From assembly GCF_011745625.1 (NCBI RefSeq), contig NW_027191461.1, positions 1 to 64,000 of the forward strand: DNA of 64,000 nucleotides, read 5' to 3'. Positions 24,635 through 34,471 of this stretch are shown here, in pieces (the stretch's first letter is position 1; the number at the start of each line of letters is the position of its first letter). A program made the position numbers and the translations under genes. The notes below the pieces were generated by a model that did no database searches, was not told the DNA's origin, and saw only the letters and a list, made by a program, of their open reading frames with translations. This DNA is from Cladosporium halotolerans. Its lineage: Eukaryota.

Positions 24635-26519
24635 ATGGCATTCGGCCGCTCAAACTCTTTGAGCATCAATACTGGCGCAGCCAATACGTTGTACGTTCCT
24701 CTTTCTCTATGTTCACTCCCCAACAATCTTTTTTCAAGTCGGCACCGGTCATGAATGGCATTGCGCCTTTGACTTCACGCAGCGAGTCGCAGCGTGGAAG
24801 CTGGACTTCTTTTTGTGAAGTGCACGGGCTAGTCACCGCCTGCGAAACTCCTTCGGCGCCAAAAGGCCAAGATGCATCGCTGGTTGGAGGAGAGTCCTTA
24901 CGCACGAAATTAAGAAGATCTGGCATGACTGGCTGTCTTCTAGAAGCCGGTGGTTGTGCGCGCGATGCAAGTCTTGGTTATGACCCGTGGCTTGCCAGTG
25001 ACTGGAAATTGCCTGCTACCCATCATCGCTGGTTGCAGAGCCTACCGTTAATGAGATGCGGCCGTTTTGACAATTCCAGCATATTTGCCGAGTCGAACTT
25101 GTTGGACGAGGTCCAAGAAAGAAGCTAACAACATGCAGTGGATCACAGCCAAGCGGGGGCCTTTTCGGCGGTGCCGCATCGACGTCTCAACCTCAGCAGA
25201 GTGGCGGTCTTTTTGGTAGCGGCACCGCTCAGACAAGCCAGCCGCAGGGTGGAAGCCTGTTTGGCAACCAGCAGAGCACCGCACAACCATCTACAGGCGG
25301 TCTGTTCGGCAATAGTCAGTCGAACCAAAACCAACAAGAGCAAAAGCCTGCCGGCGGCGGCCTTTTTGGCGGAGCTCAAACGACCCAGACCCAGCAACAG
25401 AACACCACTCAGCAGCCAGCTGGCGGCGGCCTTTTCGGTGGGCTACAAGCAGGCTCCAGCACTATGAACAAGCCGGCCGGTGGCTCATTGTTCGGCAACT
25501 CTACTACGCAGCAATCGTCGGGTGGTCTCTTTGGCGCCAAACCTCAACAGCCAGGAGCGAGTCTCTTTGGCAACAGCACAACTCAGCCGCAGCCAACATC
25601 TCTTTTCGGTTCTACACAGAATCAGCCCCAGCAACAGCAGCAGCAGCAACAACCTCAGCCTAGCCAAACGTCGCTGCTGGGCGCTTCCCGTTACAACCAA
25701 TCTCAATATCAGCCGTTCGTGACAGGCCGCCTTACCATGGGTCAGGGAGGTGGGGCAGCGCCTCAGCCCACCACCACGCCCGCCACCAAGCTCGATTGGT
25801 CAAATGTACGCAACACTACACGATTCAACGACCTTACCGACGAAGCGAAGCAAGATATCGAGAGGATCGACAAAATGATTTCCACGCAGGAGGAACTTTG
25901 CAAGCAGATCGAGGCATTCCTTCCAAACCATCAGAACGCGCTCGAGACGCTTGGCCCTGACGTTCAGATGATCACCGAAAAGCTCGAAGAAGTCGATCGC
26001 AGCCTTGCGGTCGACGCGCAAGGCGTCCAGCAAGACAAGAACATCACTGAGAGAGACGAGATCGACATTGCGCGCTGCATTCGCATTATCGACAACCTCC
26101 GGATGCCGGCGCAGTATGTCTACCACCCAGCTGCGAACAGCGGCCGCCAACCTCAGCCACCCGCTTGGGATGAGACCTATGATGTGGACCTTGTCGGCAA
26201 CTATTTCCAGCCGCTCACGCAAGACATGGCTAGACTGCTTGCTGGATATTCAAGCAACCTGGCTGAGATCGAAAGCCACATGGGTACCATCGAGCAGTCA
26301 GCAGTGGTGCAGGCGCAACAGCTAGCCGCGGAACGCTCTGGGCTCGGCGGACAGCGTGATGTAGGCGCGGACAGCGTCAGGCAGCTTGCTGACACTCTCA
26401 GAGGCTTCGAAGCAAGCATTCTTGCCGCTGCTGGTAAAGTCGGTGGGTGTCGCGAGGGCGTGAATGAGCTTGTTCTAGGAAAGCTGGGCGGCTCGCAATC
26501 TGCAAGGAGGCCTTGGTAA
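24635..26519 (+). CDS. NUP49: FG/GLFG nucleoporin Nup49/Nup58-like; exon 1 24635-24690, intron 24691-25138
   Basis: MAFGRSNSLSINTGAANT|FGSQPSGGLFGG splices in frame into the 25464 ORF; GGLFG/SLFG repeats; TTRFNDL motif followed by a coiled coil. Confidence 0.85.
24720..25105 (+). ncRNA. Candidate structured intronic RNA (identity unknown)
   Basis: Several complementary segment pairs visible by eye inside an abnormally long intron (see findings). Confidence 0.4.
25630..25652 (+). repeat. CAG/CAA microsatellite encoding polyQ in the nucleoporin
   Basis: cagcaacagcagcagcagcaacaa. Confidence 0.7.
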
Positions 26520-27049
26520 ATGGCGCTAGACAGACAACTACGGCCAATTGCGGCGGGACGAGGAAATAGGTGTGGCCAAAGTGGTATCAGTGTGTCCGGT
26601 CAAAGGAAGACGATGCTTTGCGCCAACATTGCATGGGTTTGTAACAGTATAGCCGTTCGAAATGTAATGGGCATCACGAGCTTCTCCGAAACTCGATCTA
26701 CCATCTTCCATATTCATTCCTAGATGAAAGCGTTGCCTCAAATGACGCTAGGTTTTCTCGCTACCCACGCGCGCGTCATTGCCATTTCTTCATCGGGGAA
26801 GCAGGCTCTGGGGGCAAGCAAGGTAGGTTTGCAATCAAAGCTTGGGGTGCGGAGGGTTAGGGTTGGGGTAATCCACCAGTAGACGCGATCAATGGATGTA
26901 CTGCAAAACCGTGGTTTGCCTGTAGGAACTGTATGACTGTATTTTACAGACAATGTTTCTCTCTCTTATTCAAGATTGAAGCGAACGGATACACGACACA
27001 GGGTCAGATGTGGTGTAAATCATGACGCTACTTGCGATGTCAAAACGAC

Positions 27050-27885
27050 GCTTTTGCAACCAGACTGAGACACCATCTCCTACTAAACAAGCTATACCCA
27101 AGCCTTCTCGTAATGGAGAAAGATCGTAGCTCTACACGCTCTCGATTTAACGATGTAAGACGCGAGGTTCAACCCTAATTGCTACCCAATACATATCCGC
27201 GGCCCACCGTTGAAAGGCAGGAATACGCACCCAGGTCGAAAACTCCTTCCGGTCCACCTCTCGGGAACGAACGAGTCTACCTCGTCACCATGCACGTCTA
27301 TCATACGATGCACCGAGAATACTTGGTACCCAATTCGTGTCCCTGGGGGCATCAATATCCGATCACATCCATCTTGTCCACCTCCGAGTGGCGATATGGT
27401 ATCGTTCAAAGCTTCCCTCGAATTCCGTGGGATAGGTGGATGCAGACGCAGGGACTCATCAAAATATCCTCATAGATACTTCATTACTCGCAGGTCATGG
27501 AGGCTCGGCATGTGATCGGAACCAGGAACCATCGCTCGAATATATTCGGCAAGCTTGTCGTGGATCTTGGGGTATCGAGCAAGCATAAAGAAAACGTTCC
27601 CCAATAAGCTCGACGTCGTATCAGGTCCAGCTGAAAAGAAAAGGCTTAATAATCCTCCGCGTATCGTTGCTCGGTCGTCCGTCATCTTGGCGAACTCTAC
27701 GAAACTGTTTTTCGCGCTTTTGTGTTAGCCCTCATTACGTTTTTCTGCACTCAAAGCGCTGTTGACATATCTGGACATGAAGTCATGTAAGATCCTCTGA
27801 TCCTGCATAAAAGTGGATCTCGGATCCATCCACGCCATCAAACCGAGAGCGAAAGCGCTGACAACATCTTTCGTGGCTTGCGACT
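27050..27885 (-). pseudogene. CYP52-like cytochrome P450 relic (3' half only)
   Basis: AGPDTTSSLL (I-helix), ESLRLHPPIPRNSR, DTISPLGGGQDG, VPERW and LPFNGGPRICIG; stops at 27470-72 (TGA) and 27182-84 (TAG, right after CIG). Confidence 0.85.
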
Positions 27886-27889
27886 AAGC

Positions 27890-28813
27890 TCGTGGGTTCA
27901 ACCCAAACAAAGATGCGCAGAAAGACCGCCTGCTCGCATTGGCACTCCCTTCTTTTTTCGAAGGCCTTAAAATGAAGCATAATCAAGAACTGAGAGCTGC
28001 TGTCGCTGCTGTCAAAGAGTGTACGGGAAAGATGATCGAAGGGCGTGGCGCAAGACTTGACAGCGAGACACCCAATGTCAATGAGGAAGCTCCTGAGAAC
28101 GGCAGAAAGGACATTATCGGCATGCTCATGGCAGACCACGGTGTCAGAAATTAAGAGACGCTCATCAACCAGAGCATGACCAACCTCGACGCTGGCCATG
28201 ACACTGCCCACTTGACGATCAACTGCGCCATCTGGGAAATGTGCAAGCATCCCGACGTGCAAAAGCGTCTCCGTCAAGAGATCCGCCAGAACCTCAAGGA
28301 TCCAGCAACGGTATCTGGAGACACCTCCACTGATGATGGCAGTGTTGACAGCCTTCCTTATCTCCAGGCGGGTTGCGACGAAGTCCTCCGTCTACACCAT
28401 TCGGGTCCGACGGTCAATCACGTTAGTATCGAACCTACTACAGCCAATGGCCAAGTCTTTCCAAAAGGCACAACCGGCATCATGCCCATCAGCGCATATA
28501 ATCTTGCCCCTCAGCTTTGGAAGAGTGATCCATTGTTCTTTGATCCCGGGAGATGGCTAAATGATTCCTCCCTTGGTGGTGCGTATGAATGGAAGGCATT
28601 CTTGACATTCTCAACCGGCGCTCGTGTCTGCCCAGGCGAGCGGCTTGACGCGCAGAGCTGAAACATTTGCTGGCCGGCGTAATTGGCAATTTCAATTTCA
28701 GCTGGGCAGGTAGAGGTGGAAACGGGCAGACCCAAGAGCTTATCCTTGAGCACGGCATCACCAGCAGGATGATCGGTGGTATGAAGGTGAGGATAAAGCA
28801 GCTTGATAGCTGA
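27890..28813 (+). pseudogene. Second cytochrome P450 relic of a different family (3' half only)
   Basis: AGHDT, EVLRL, FDPGRW and FLTFSTGARVCPG; TAA at 28152-54; frameshift after the heme Cys motif, with the tail AELKHLLAGVIGNFNF...GGMKVRIKQLDS* in another frame. Confidence 0.85.
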
Positions 28814-29504
28814 TGATCTAGCGGGTTGACGATCTGAGCGAGTCAACGCAATGCTTTCGGTAGATGCGTACGCACCATTTGGTACACTGTACGCGCATAC
28901 GGAGGATAACGTGGACTCGGACATAGAGAGCGTCGAATATCATCGTCAATAGCTTGCTCTTTGAGCCATTGGTACAGTAGTAATAGTTGGCTCACATCCA
29001 GAACGGCGCCGTGAGCTGCCAAACGAAGTGCAAGAGTCCCTCTACCATGTCATTGACGCTGATATGCGCGACGTGCAGTTATGGGCTCTCGTGAGAATCG
29101 TAGCCGGTCAATGTTTTTTGTGAGCGATGTCAAGAACGCGTAGTTTTGGAGTCTGTCGCGAGGTCGGGTCCTGACGTCGTCAAGCGGCGTGTCGGCGCGG
29201 CGCGGGCTGCCACCGGTCGCCGTCATAAGGCGACACGTGAGCTCGAAAGGATCACTCTTCCTCATGCATCGTTGGCGGAACTCAGTTTTAAACCTTTCTT
29301 TGCTAAGGCAGTCATTGACGCCCTTTGCCTTGCAAGTGAGTTGTAAAAACAGTAGTCTTCCGAAACGAGTGGGAATTGGCTGGTTACGCCAGACTCCGCC
29401 AACGCGTGGCCCCCCGGAACCAGCATCCCCGAAACATGCTCCCACGCCCTTGAAAAGAAGGCAGTCTGCGCCCGCGCACTCGACCGTCCTCGCCCGAATG
29501 CAGC

Positions 29505-31655
29505 ATGCCCTACCACTCTCGCATCTTGAGCAAAGATGAAGAGCTCGGGAAGCGCGACGACGACTTCCGTCCCAAACGAGCTCCGACCTACAATGGCTTC
29601 AACGTCTTGCGCTGGCGCAAGCGTAGGCTGTTCGCCCTGATAGCCGGCCTGGTCCTGGTCTACCTTTTCGTCGCGAACCCTCCTGCCGACCTCCGAAGAG
29701 TGGATGGAAGAAGATACGGTCAACCTGCTGCGCAGCGATCATTCGAGACCGTTCCAACTTCGTACTCTCGCCGCGAACCAACCGGACCTCCCCCTCGACT
29801 CGTGGACGACAGAGAAGAGGATGACAAAGATAAACAATACTATGAAGGTCCGATCAAGTTTTACAGACTTGCGTCAAGTCTGCACGCTATCGGACGGACA
29901 ATGGGTCAACGGAACAACAATCGCAACGTGCTATTCGCGGCATCGTCGTTAAAGAGCGTCGCAAACTTGATGCCAATGGCTTGCGAGATGACAAAATGGG
30001 ACAGGAACTACGTACACATGGCAATCATGGGTCGCGAAAATATGTCTCTCGACCAAATACTAGAGATCAACGGCGTCTCGAGAGATGAGTTCCCCGTCGC
30101 GTTCCATGACGGCCGAGGAGACTACAGCGAATACAGTACGGATCTGCGTCTGGAGGTAGCTGTCGGGGGAGCTATGAGGCACATTAACGAGTTCATGCAT
30201 CCGCAAGCGATCATCATGGACGACAGTGCGATTGAAGACAAGCCCTTTACGCGCGCCCTGCGCGCAAGGGGGAAAGAGTATCGCCGCCCTGTCATTGAGA
30301 TACCCGAAGGCGCATATGAAGAATTCATGTGGATCACCAGACTCGATTCGGGCAGTCTGGGTGGTTGGTTCAAGCCGCAGATCGACATTCTCGTCCACGC
30401 CCCGAAGGAAAGCTCTGGCTCGCTCATTAGACTATTAAAGAGCCTCGAAGATGCAAACTATGCCGGCTTGCGACCACCGCGACTCACGGTGGAGCTGCCC
30501 AACAATATCGACAAGTTCGCCGGCTCATACCTTAGCGGCCTCCAGTGGCCACCTGGCGGCGACAAGTCACCCGTGGGCGAGAATACGCTCACACTGCGCC
30601 ATCGCATACCCGTCGATCACGCCAGCTCCGAGCAGTCCTCCTTGCGCTTCTTGGAATCCTTCTTTCCCACCTCTCCCGATTCCCATGTCCTGCTCCTTTC
30701 GCCTCAAGCAGAACTGAGTCCTCAATATCTCCAGTATCTGCAGTACATCATTCTAGAGTACCGATACTCATCATTCGGCTCCCCATACTCTGGTGAGCTG
30801 CTTGGTCTCTCCCTGGACATTCCTTCGACATTCGTGAACGGCAGCGGCGGCTTCCAACCGCCTGTTGTAGCAGAGATGAAAGCCCATCGATACACTGACG
30901 ATGAGAACTTCAATCAGAAGTCGCGGACGCCTTTCGTCTACCAAGCACCATCGTCAACTGCTAGCCTTATTTTTAGTGAGAAATGGGCCAGTTTTCACGA
31001 TTTTGTGTCAAATCGGTTGGCGGCCAGCCACAGTGGGAAGGCGCAAAAGGTGAAGAAACTGGTCTCTGAGACTGAACCGGCCTGGCTAGAGTATATGTTG
31101 GAGCTTATGCGTGCACGAAATTGGCACATGCTGCATCCCGCAAAGAGCTTCGTGACGGTCCACAACGAGCTGGCGCAGTTGCCGGAGGAGTTCATCAGAG
31201 AAGAAAAGGCCCCCAAAGAAGACGATTCTACTCAGCCACCGTACCACCCGGAAGAAGAGGCTTTCTTGACCGCGGACGAGCCGCCCAAGATCGTTCCGCA
31301 TCGCGAGAAGGAATCCGTTTCGGGTACCCAGGCGCTGCACGAGACAATGCCCTTCAGGGGTGATCTTCCAGAGATTCCACATCTACCCCTCCTTGACTAC
31401 CGTGGCGAACATTCCAGCTTTCCTGAGACCAACGAGATTCGGCAAGAGTACGTTACCTATTTCCGCGAGCATATTGGTGGCTGCGACGCACAACAAGCGA
31501 AGCGGAAGCGCATCGGTCATGGTCTTGGAACCGATGATCTGTTTTGCCTGCCGGACCTGGAACCGGAATACGATGAGGAGGACGAAGATGAGCAGGTTGC
31601 AATGGCGATTGCGGAGGCCAGCAATCCTACTCCACCGCATGCGCGAGAAGCTTGA
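29505..31655 (+). CDS. Type II membrane protein of a conserved Pezizomycotina family usually annotated glycosyltransferase-2-like
   Basis: 716-aa ORF; DEELGKRDDD N-terminus, a single TM segment after WRKRR, and GSLIRLLKSL..A.Y and HVLLLSPQAELSP.Y motifs. Confidence 0.65.
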   Translation: MPYHSRILSKDEELGKRDDDFRPKRAPTYNGFNVLRWRKRRLFALIAGLVLVYLFVANPPADLRRVDGRRYGQPAAQRSFETVPTSYSRREPTGPPPRLVDDREEDDKDKQYYEGPIKFYRLASSLHAIGRTMGQRNNNRNVLFAASSLKSVANLMPMACEMTKWDRNYVHMAIMGRENMSLDQILEINGVSRDEFPVAFHDGRGDYSEYSTDLRLEVAVGGAMRHINEFMHPQAIIMDDSAIEDKPFTRALRARGKEYRRPVIEIPEGAYEEFMWITRLDSGSLGGWFKPQIDILVHAPKESSGSLIRLLKSLEDANYAGLRPPRLTVELPNNIDKFAGSYLSGLQWPPGGDKSPVGENTLTLRHRIPVDHASSEQSSLRFLESFFPTSPDSHVLLLSPQAELSPQYLQYLQYIILEYRYSSFGSPYSGELLGLSLDIPSTFVNGSGGFQPPVVAEMKAHRYTDDENFNQKSRTPFVYQAPSSTASLIFSEKWASFHDFVSNRLAASHSGKAQKVKKLVSETEPAWLEYMLELMRARNWHMLHPAKSFVTVHNELAQLPEEFIREEKAPKEDDSTQPPYHPEEEAFLTADEPPKIVPHREKESVSGTQALHETMPFRGDLPEIPHLPLLDYRGEHSSFPETNEIRQEYVTYFREHIGGCDAQQAKRKRIGHGLGTDDLFCLPDLEPEYDEEDEDEQVAMAIAEASNPTPPHAREA

Positions 31656-32263
31656 AGAGCGCAGCTGCAATGATCAGCTGTTGATGAGGTCGCCCGCGAG
31701 AGTCTTATCGCCTGAATTCTAGAGTATACCCAGCATGTCACATTCAGTATAGAGCACATTTTGGCCAGCTTCACATGATTTCCCAGGCGATATGCGCAGG
31801 CCGTCTCGACTGCCATTCCCCCGTTCCCCACACGCGCTCTTCTAACGTCCAAACGAACAGAAAAAGCAAGACCAAGCGCGGCCGATGTCGATCCCTTCCA
31901 TCGTGCAACCCGCATATCTCCGCGCGCTCGCGGGGTCTTTCATCCGGGGTCAAGGCTTCACAAGCCAGGCGGCTGAGAAGCTTGCCTGCACGCTTATGAA
32001 CTCTTTCCAAGCCTCCCATGTGCCGCGCGCGTCATGAAATACGATCTGTCGCTATCGGCTGGATGTAGAGATGATCTTCGCAGACGGCCGTCTCGCCGTT
32101 CGATATGTATGCATAAGTACTTGAGTCTTCGCTTTCCCGTCTTCATGGATCCTAATTGCTCTGCTGTTGCTTCCTCCTTATCCCATTTGGACTAGAAATC
32201 GCCGGCTCAATCAATTAGGCTGGCGTGCAATTACAAATCGATGAAATACGACAGATCGCAAAC

Positions 32264-34393
32264 ATGGGTCAACTAATGAAGATGAACTGGTTCGGGAGAG
32301 GATTGCGTCTGCAAGTGGCTGTGATGGTCTCTTGTCAGATGGCATTTAGTATGCACCGTCTTACGCCTCTTTGATTGTGCAGGAACCACTGACGACCCTT
32401 TAGTCCTCTTCGGTTATGACCAAGGAGTGTTCTCCGGAATCGTGGGCAACGAGGACTGGCTGAATACATTTGGACACCCCAGCAGCGGACTCGAGGGTAT
32501 AATCGTCAGCATCTACAACCTTGGCGCTTTCTCTGGTTGCATCTTGACTTTCCTTGTGGGCGAGAGGCTCGGTAGACGACTCTGCATGTGGGTCGCGATG
32601 ATCTGGATCGTAAGTTGGAGAAAACATCCGCATGCTCGTCCGCCCAATGTGCTGATATTCGATAGATTGTCGGCGCAATTCTCCAATGCACCTCGTATTC
32701 CGTCGCGCAGATCATGATTGCTCGTTACATCACTGGCATCGGCACCGGTATCGAAACCAGCACCGTCCCCATGTACCAGAGCGAGCTTTGTGACGCGGAG
32801 CGTCGAGGAAGACTGGTTTCTTCGGAGCCACTGTTCGTGGGTGTCGGCATTGTCATCGCGTACTACTTCGACTATGGCATGAGCTTTGTCGAGGGCGGAA
32901 CTGCCTGGCGAGTTCCCATCGCTTGCCAGGTTGTCTTTGCTCTGGTGAGTTCAACCTCAGTGCCTCGGTAAGGTATTGCTATGAAATTCGCTAACCAACA
33001 CGATAAGGTTGTCGTCGTCCTGACATTCGGTGTACCGGAATCTCCACGCTGGCTCTACTCCCATGGCCGTAGCGACGAGGCACTACAAGTGCTCTGCGAA
33101 GTATACGATGGAGACCCTGAGCACCCTCAAGTGGCGAAACAGCAACAAGATATTCTTGAAGCCCTCGCGCTGGAGCGCAGACACGGCGAATACAAGTGGA
33201 GCCAGATCTTCAAGCGCGACGAAGTGCAGACCGGAAAGAGAGTTCTATTGGCGTACGGCATGCAATTCATGAACCAGATGGGAGGTATCAATCTTGTCGT
33301 GTAAGCAACGCCGATCAATTGCTTGGAGTAAGCCTGTCCATCAAGCTAACCACGATACAGATACTTCGTACCATCCCTACTGGAAAATAACGTCGGCCTT
33401 ACTCCGAATCTAAGCCTGCTTATCGGAGGCGCAGTCCAGTGCATGTTCGTCGTCGGTTCCATCTTCCCGACAATGTTCCTCGATCGCTTTGGTCGTAGGA
33501 GACCCATGATGTGGGGATCTTTCGGACTGGGAATCTCTATGATGCTGTTGTCTGTCATGTTGAGCTTCTCATCTCGACCTCAATTCAGCGAGAGCCTGCG
33601 ACAAGGAACATCGTACGCTAGCGTTGCGTTCTTATTTACGTACATGCTAATCTTTGGGTGAGTGAATTTGACGCTTGAGATGGACATCAGATACTAATAA
33701 TGGACGATAGTGCATCTGTGAATTGCATCCCTTGGGTGTAGGTGACGACCAATTTTTTCATCATCTTCTAGATGCTAATGAGACGGACAGATACGTGCCG
33801 GAAATTCTGCCGTTGCAGGCAAGAGCCAAAGGTGTGTTAACGACGCTTCTAAGCTCTTCTGCTACGCAAGCTAACGATTCCACCAGGAACCGCCATTGGA
33901 ATCAGTTCGAACTGGCTATGGGTATCACGAATCACTCTTTGACCCATGAGAACGAGGGCGGCAGCTAACGAGACTCTAGAATTTTGTCGTGGTGATGATT
34001 AGCCCGTCGCTCATCAACAACGTAAGTTTCCTGCCGGCAAGATTACAATGCGTGGTAACATGCTGACCTGTCTCCTAGCTGGGGTGGAGAGCTTACTTCA
34101 TCTTTATGTGCACCAACCTTCTTTTCGTTCCCATTATATACTTCTTCTACCCGGAGACCGCCAAGCTCACGCTGGAGGAAGTCGACTACCTATTCGTGAG
34201 GGACGGACACAAGGGCGTCAAGCAGCTTTGGCACAGGAGCCAGCCGGTGCTGATCAGCTTGAAAGAGGACGTGGGAAGCAATGTCGCTGAAGAGGGGTTG
34301 GCAGACTACGGAGAGACCAAGGGAGAGCAGGAGAAGACTGGCGATGTGCTCAGAGAGGAAAGCGCGGATCACATCGAGGCGAAGTCGCGATAA
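32264..34393 (+). CDS. MFS sugar porter, 9 introns including several very short exons
   Basis: LFGYDQGVFSGI, ERLGRR, VPMYQSE, PESPRWL, NQMGGINLVVYF, DRFGRR, PWVYVPEILPL and PETAKLTLEEVD. Confidence 0.92.
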
Positions 34394-34471
34394 GCGGGCG
34401 CACCGTGTAACATCGCTGGGGAAAGGGAGAGGAGGCAAGATGAGGCCACATATCGTTACAAGTCATACATC

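Noticed and set aside
24855..24875. Minus-strand GGCCTTTTGGC resembling the U2 snRNA 5' stem
   Set aside because: The invariant downstream AAGATCAAGTGTAGTA of U2 is absent
24493..25128. 211-aa ORF running through the long NUP49 intron
   Set aside because: Non-ATG start, no recognisable motifs, and it overlaps NUP49 exon 1 in another frame; better explained as a chance open frame
16761..26519. Apparent RNA-metabolism cluster (TyrRS, Dicer, FIP1, nucleoporin)
   Set aside because: Broad housekeeping functions without a shared pathway; adjacency is unremarkable without synteny data
26850..26870. GGGTTAGGGTTGGGG telomere-like sequence (also AACCCTAA at 27171)
   Set aside because: Under two perfect TTAGGG units; expected by chance, and the second lies within P450 relic codons
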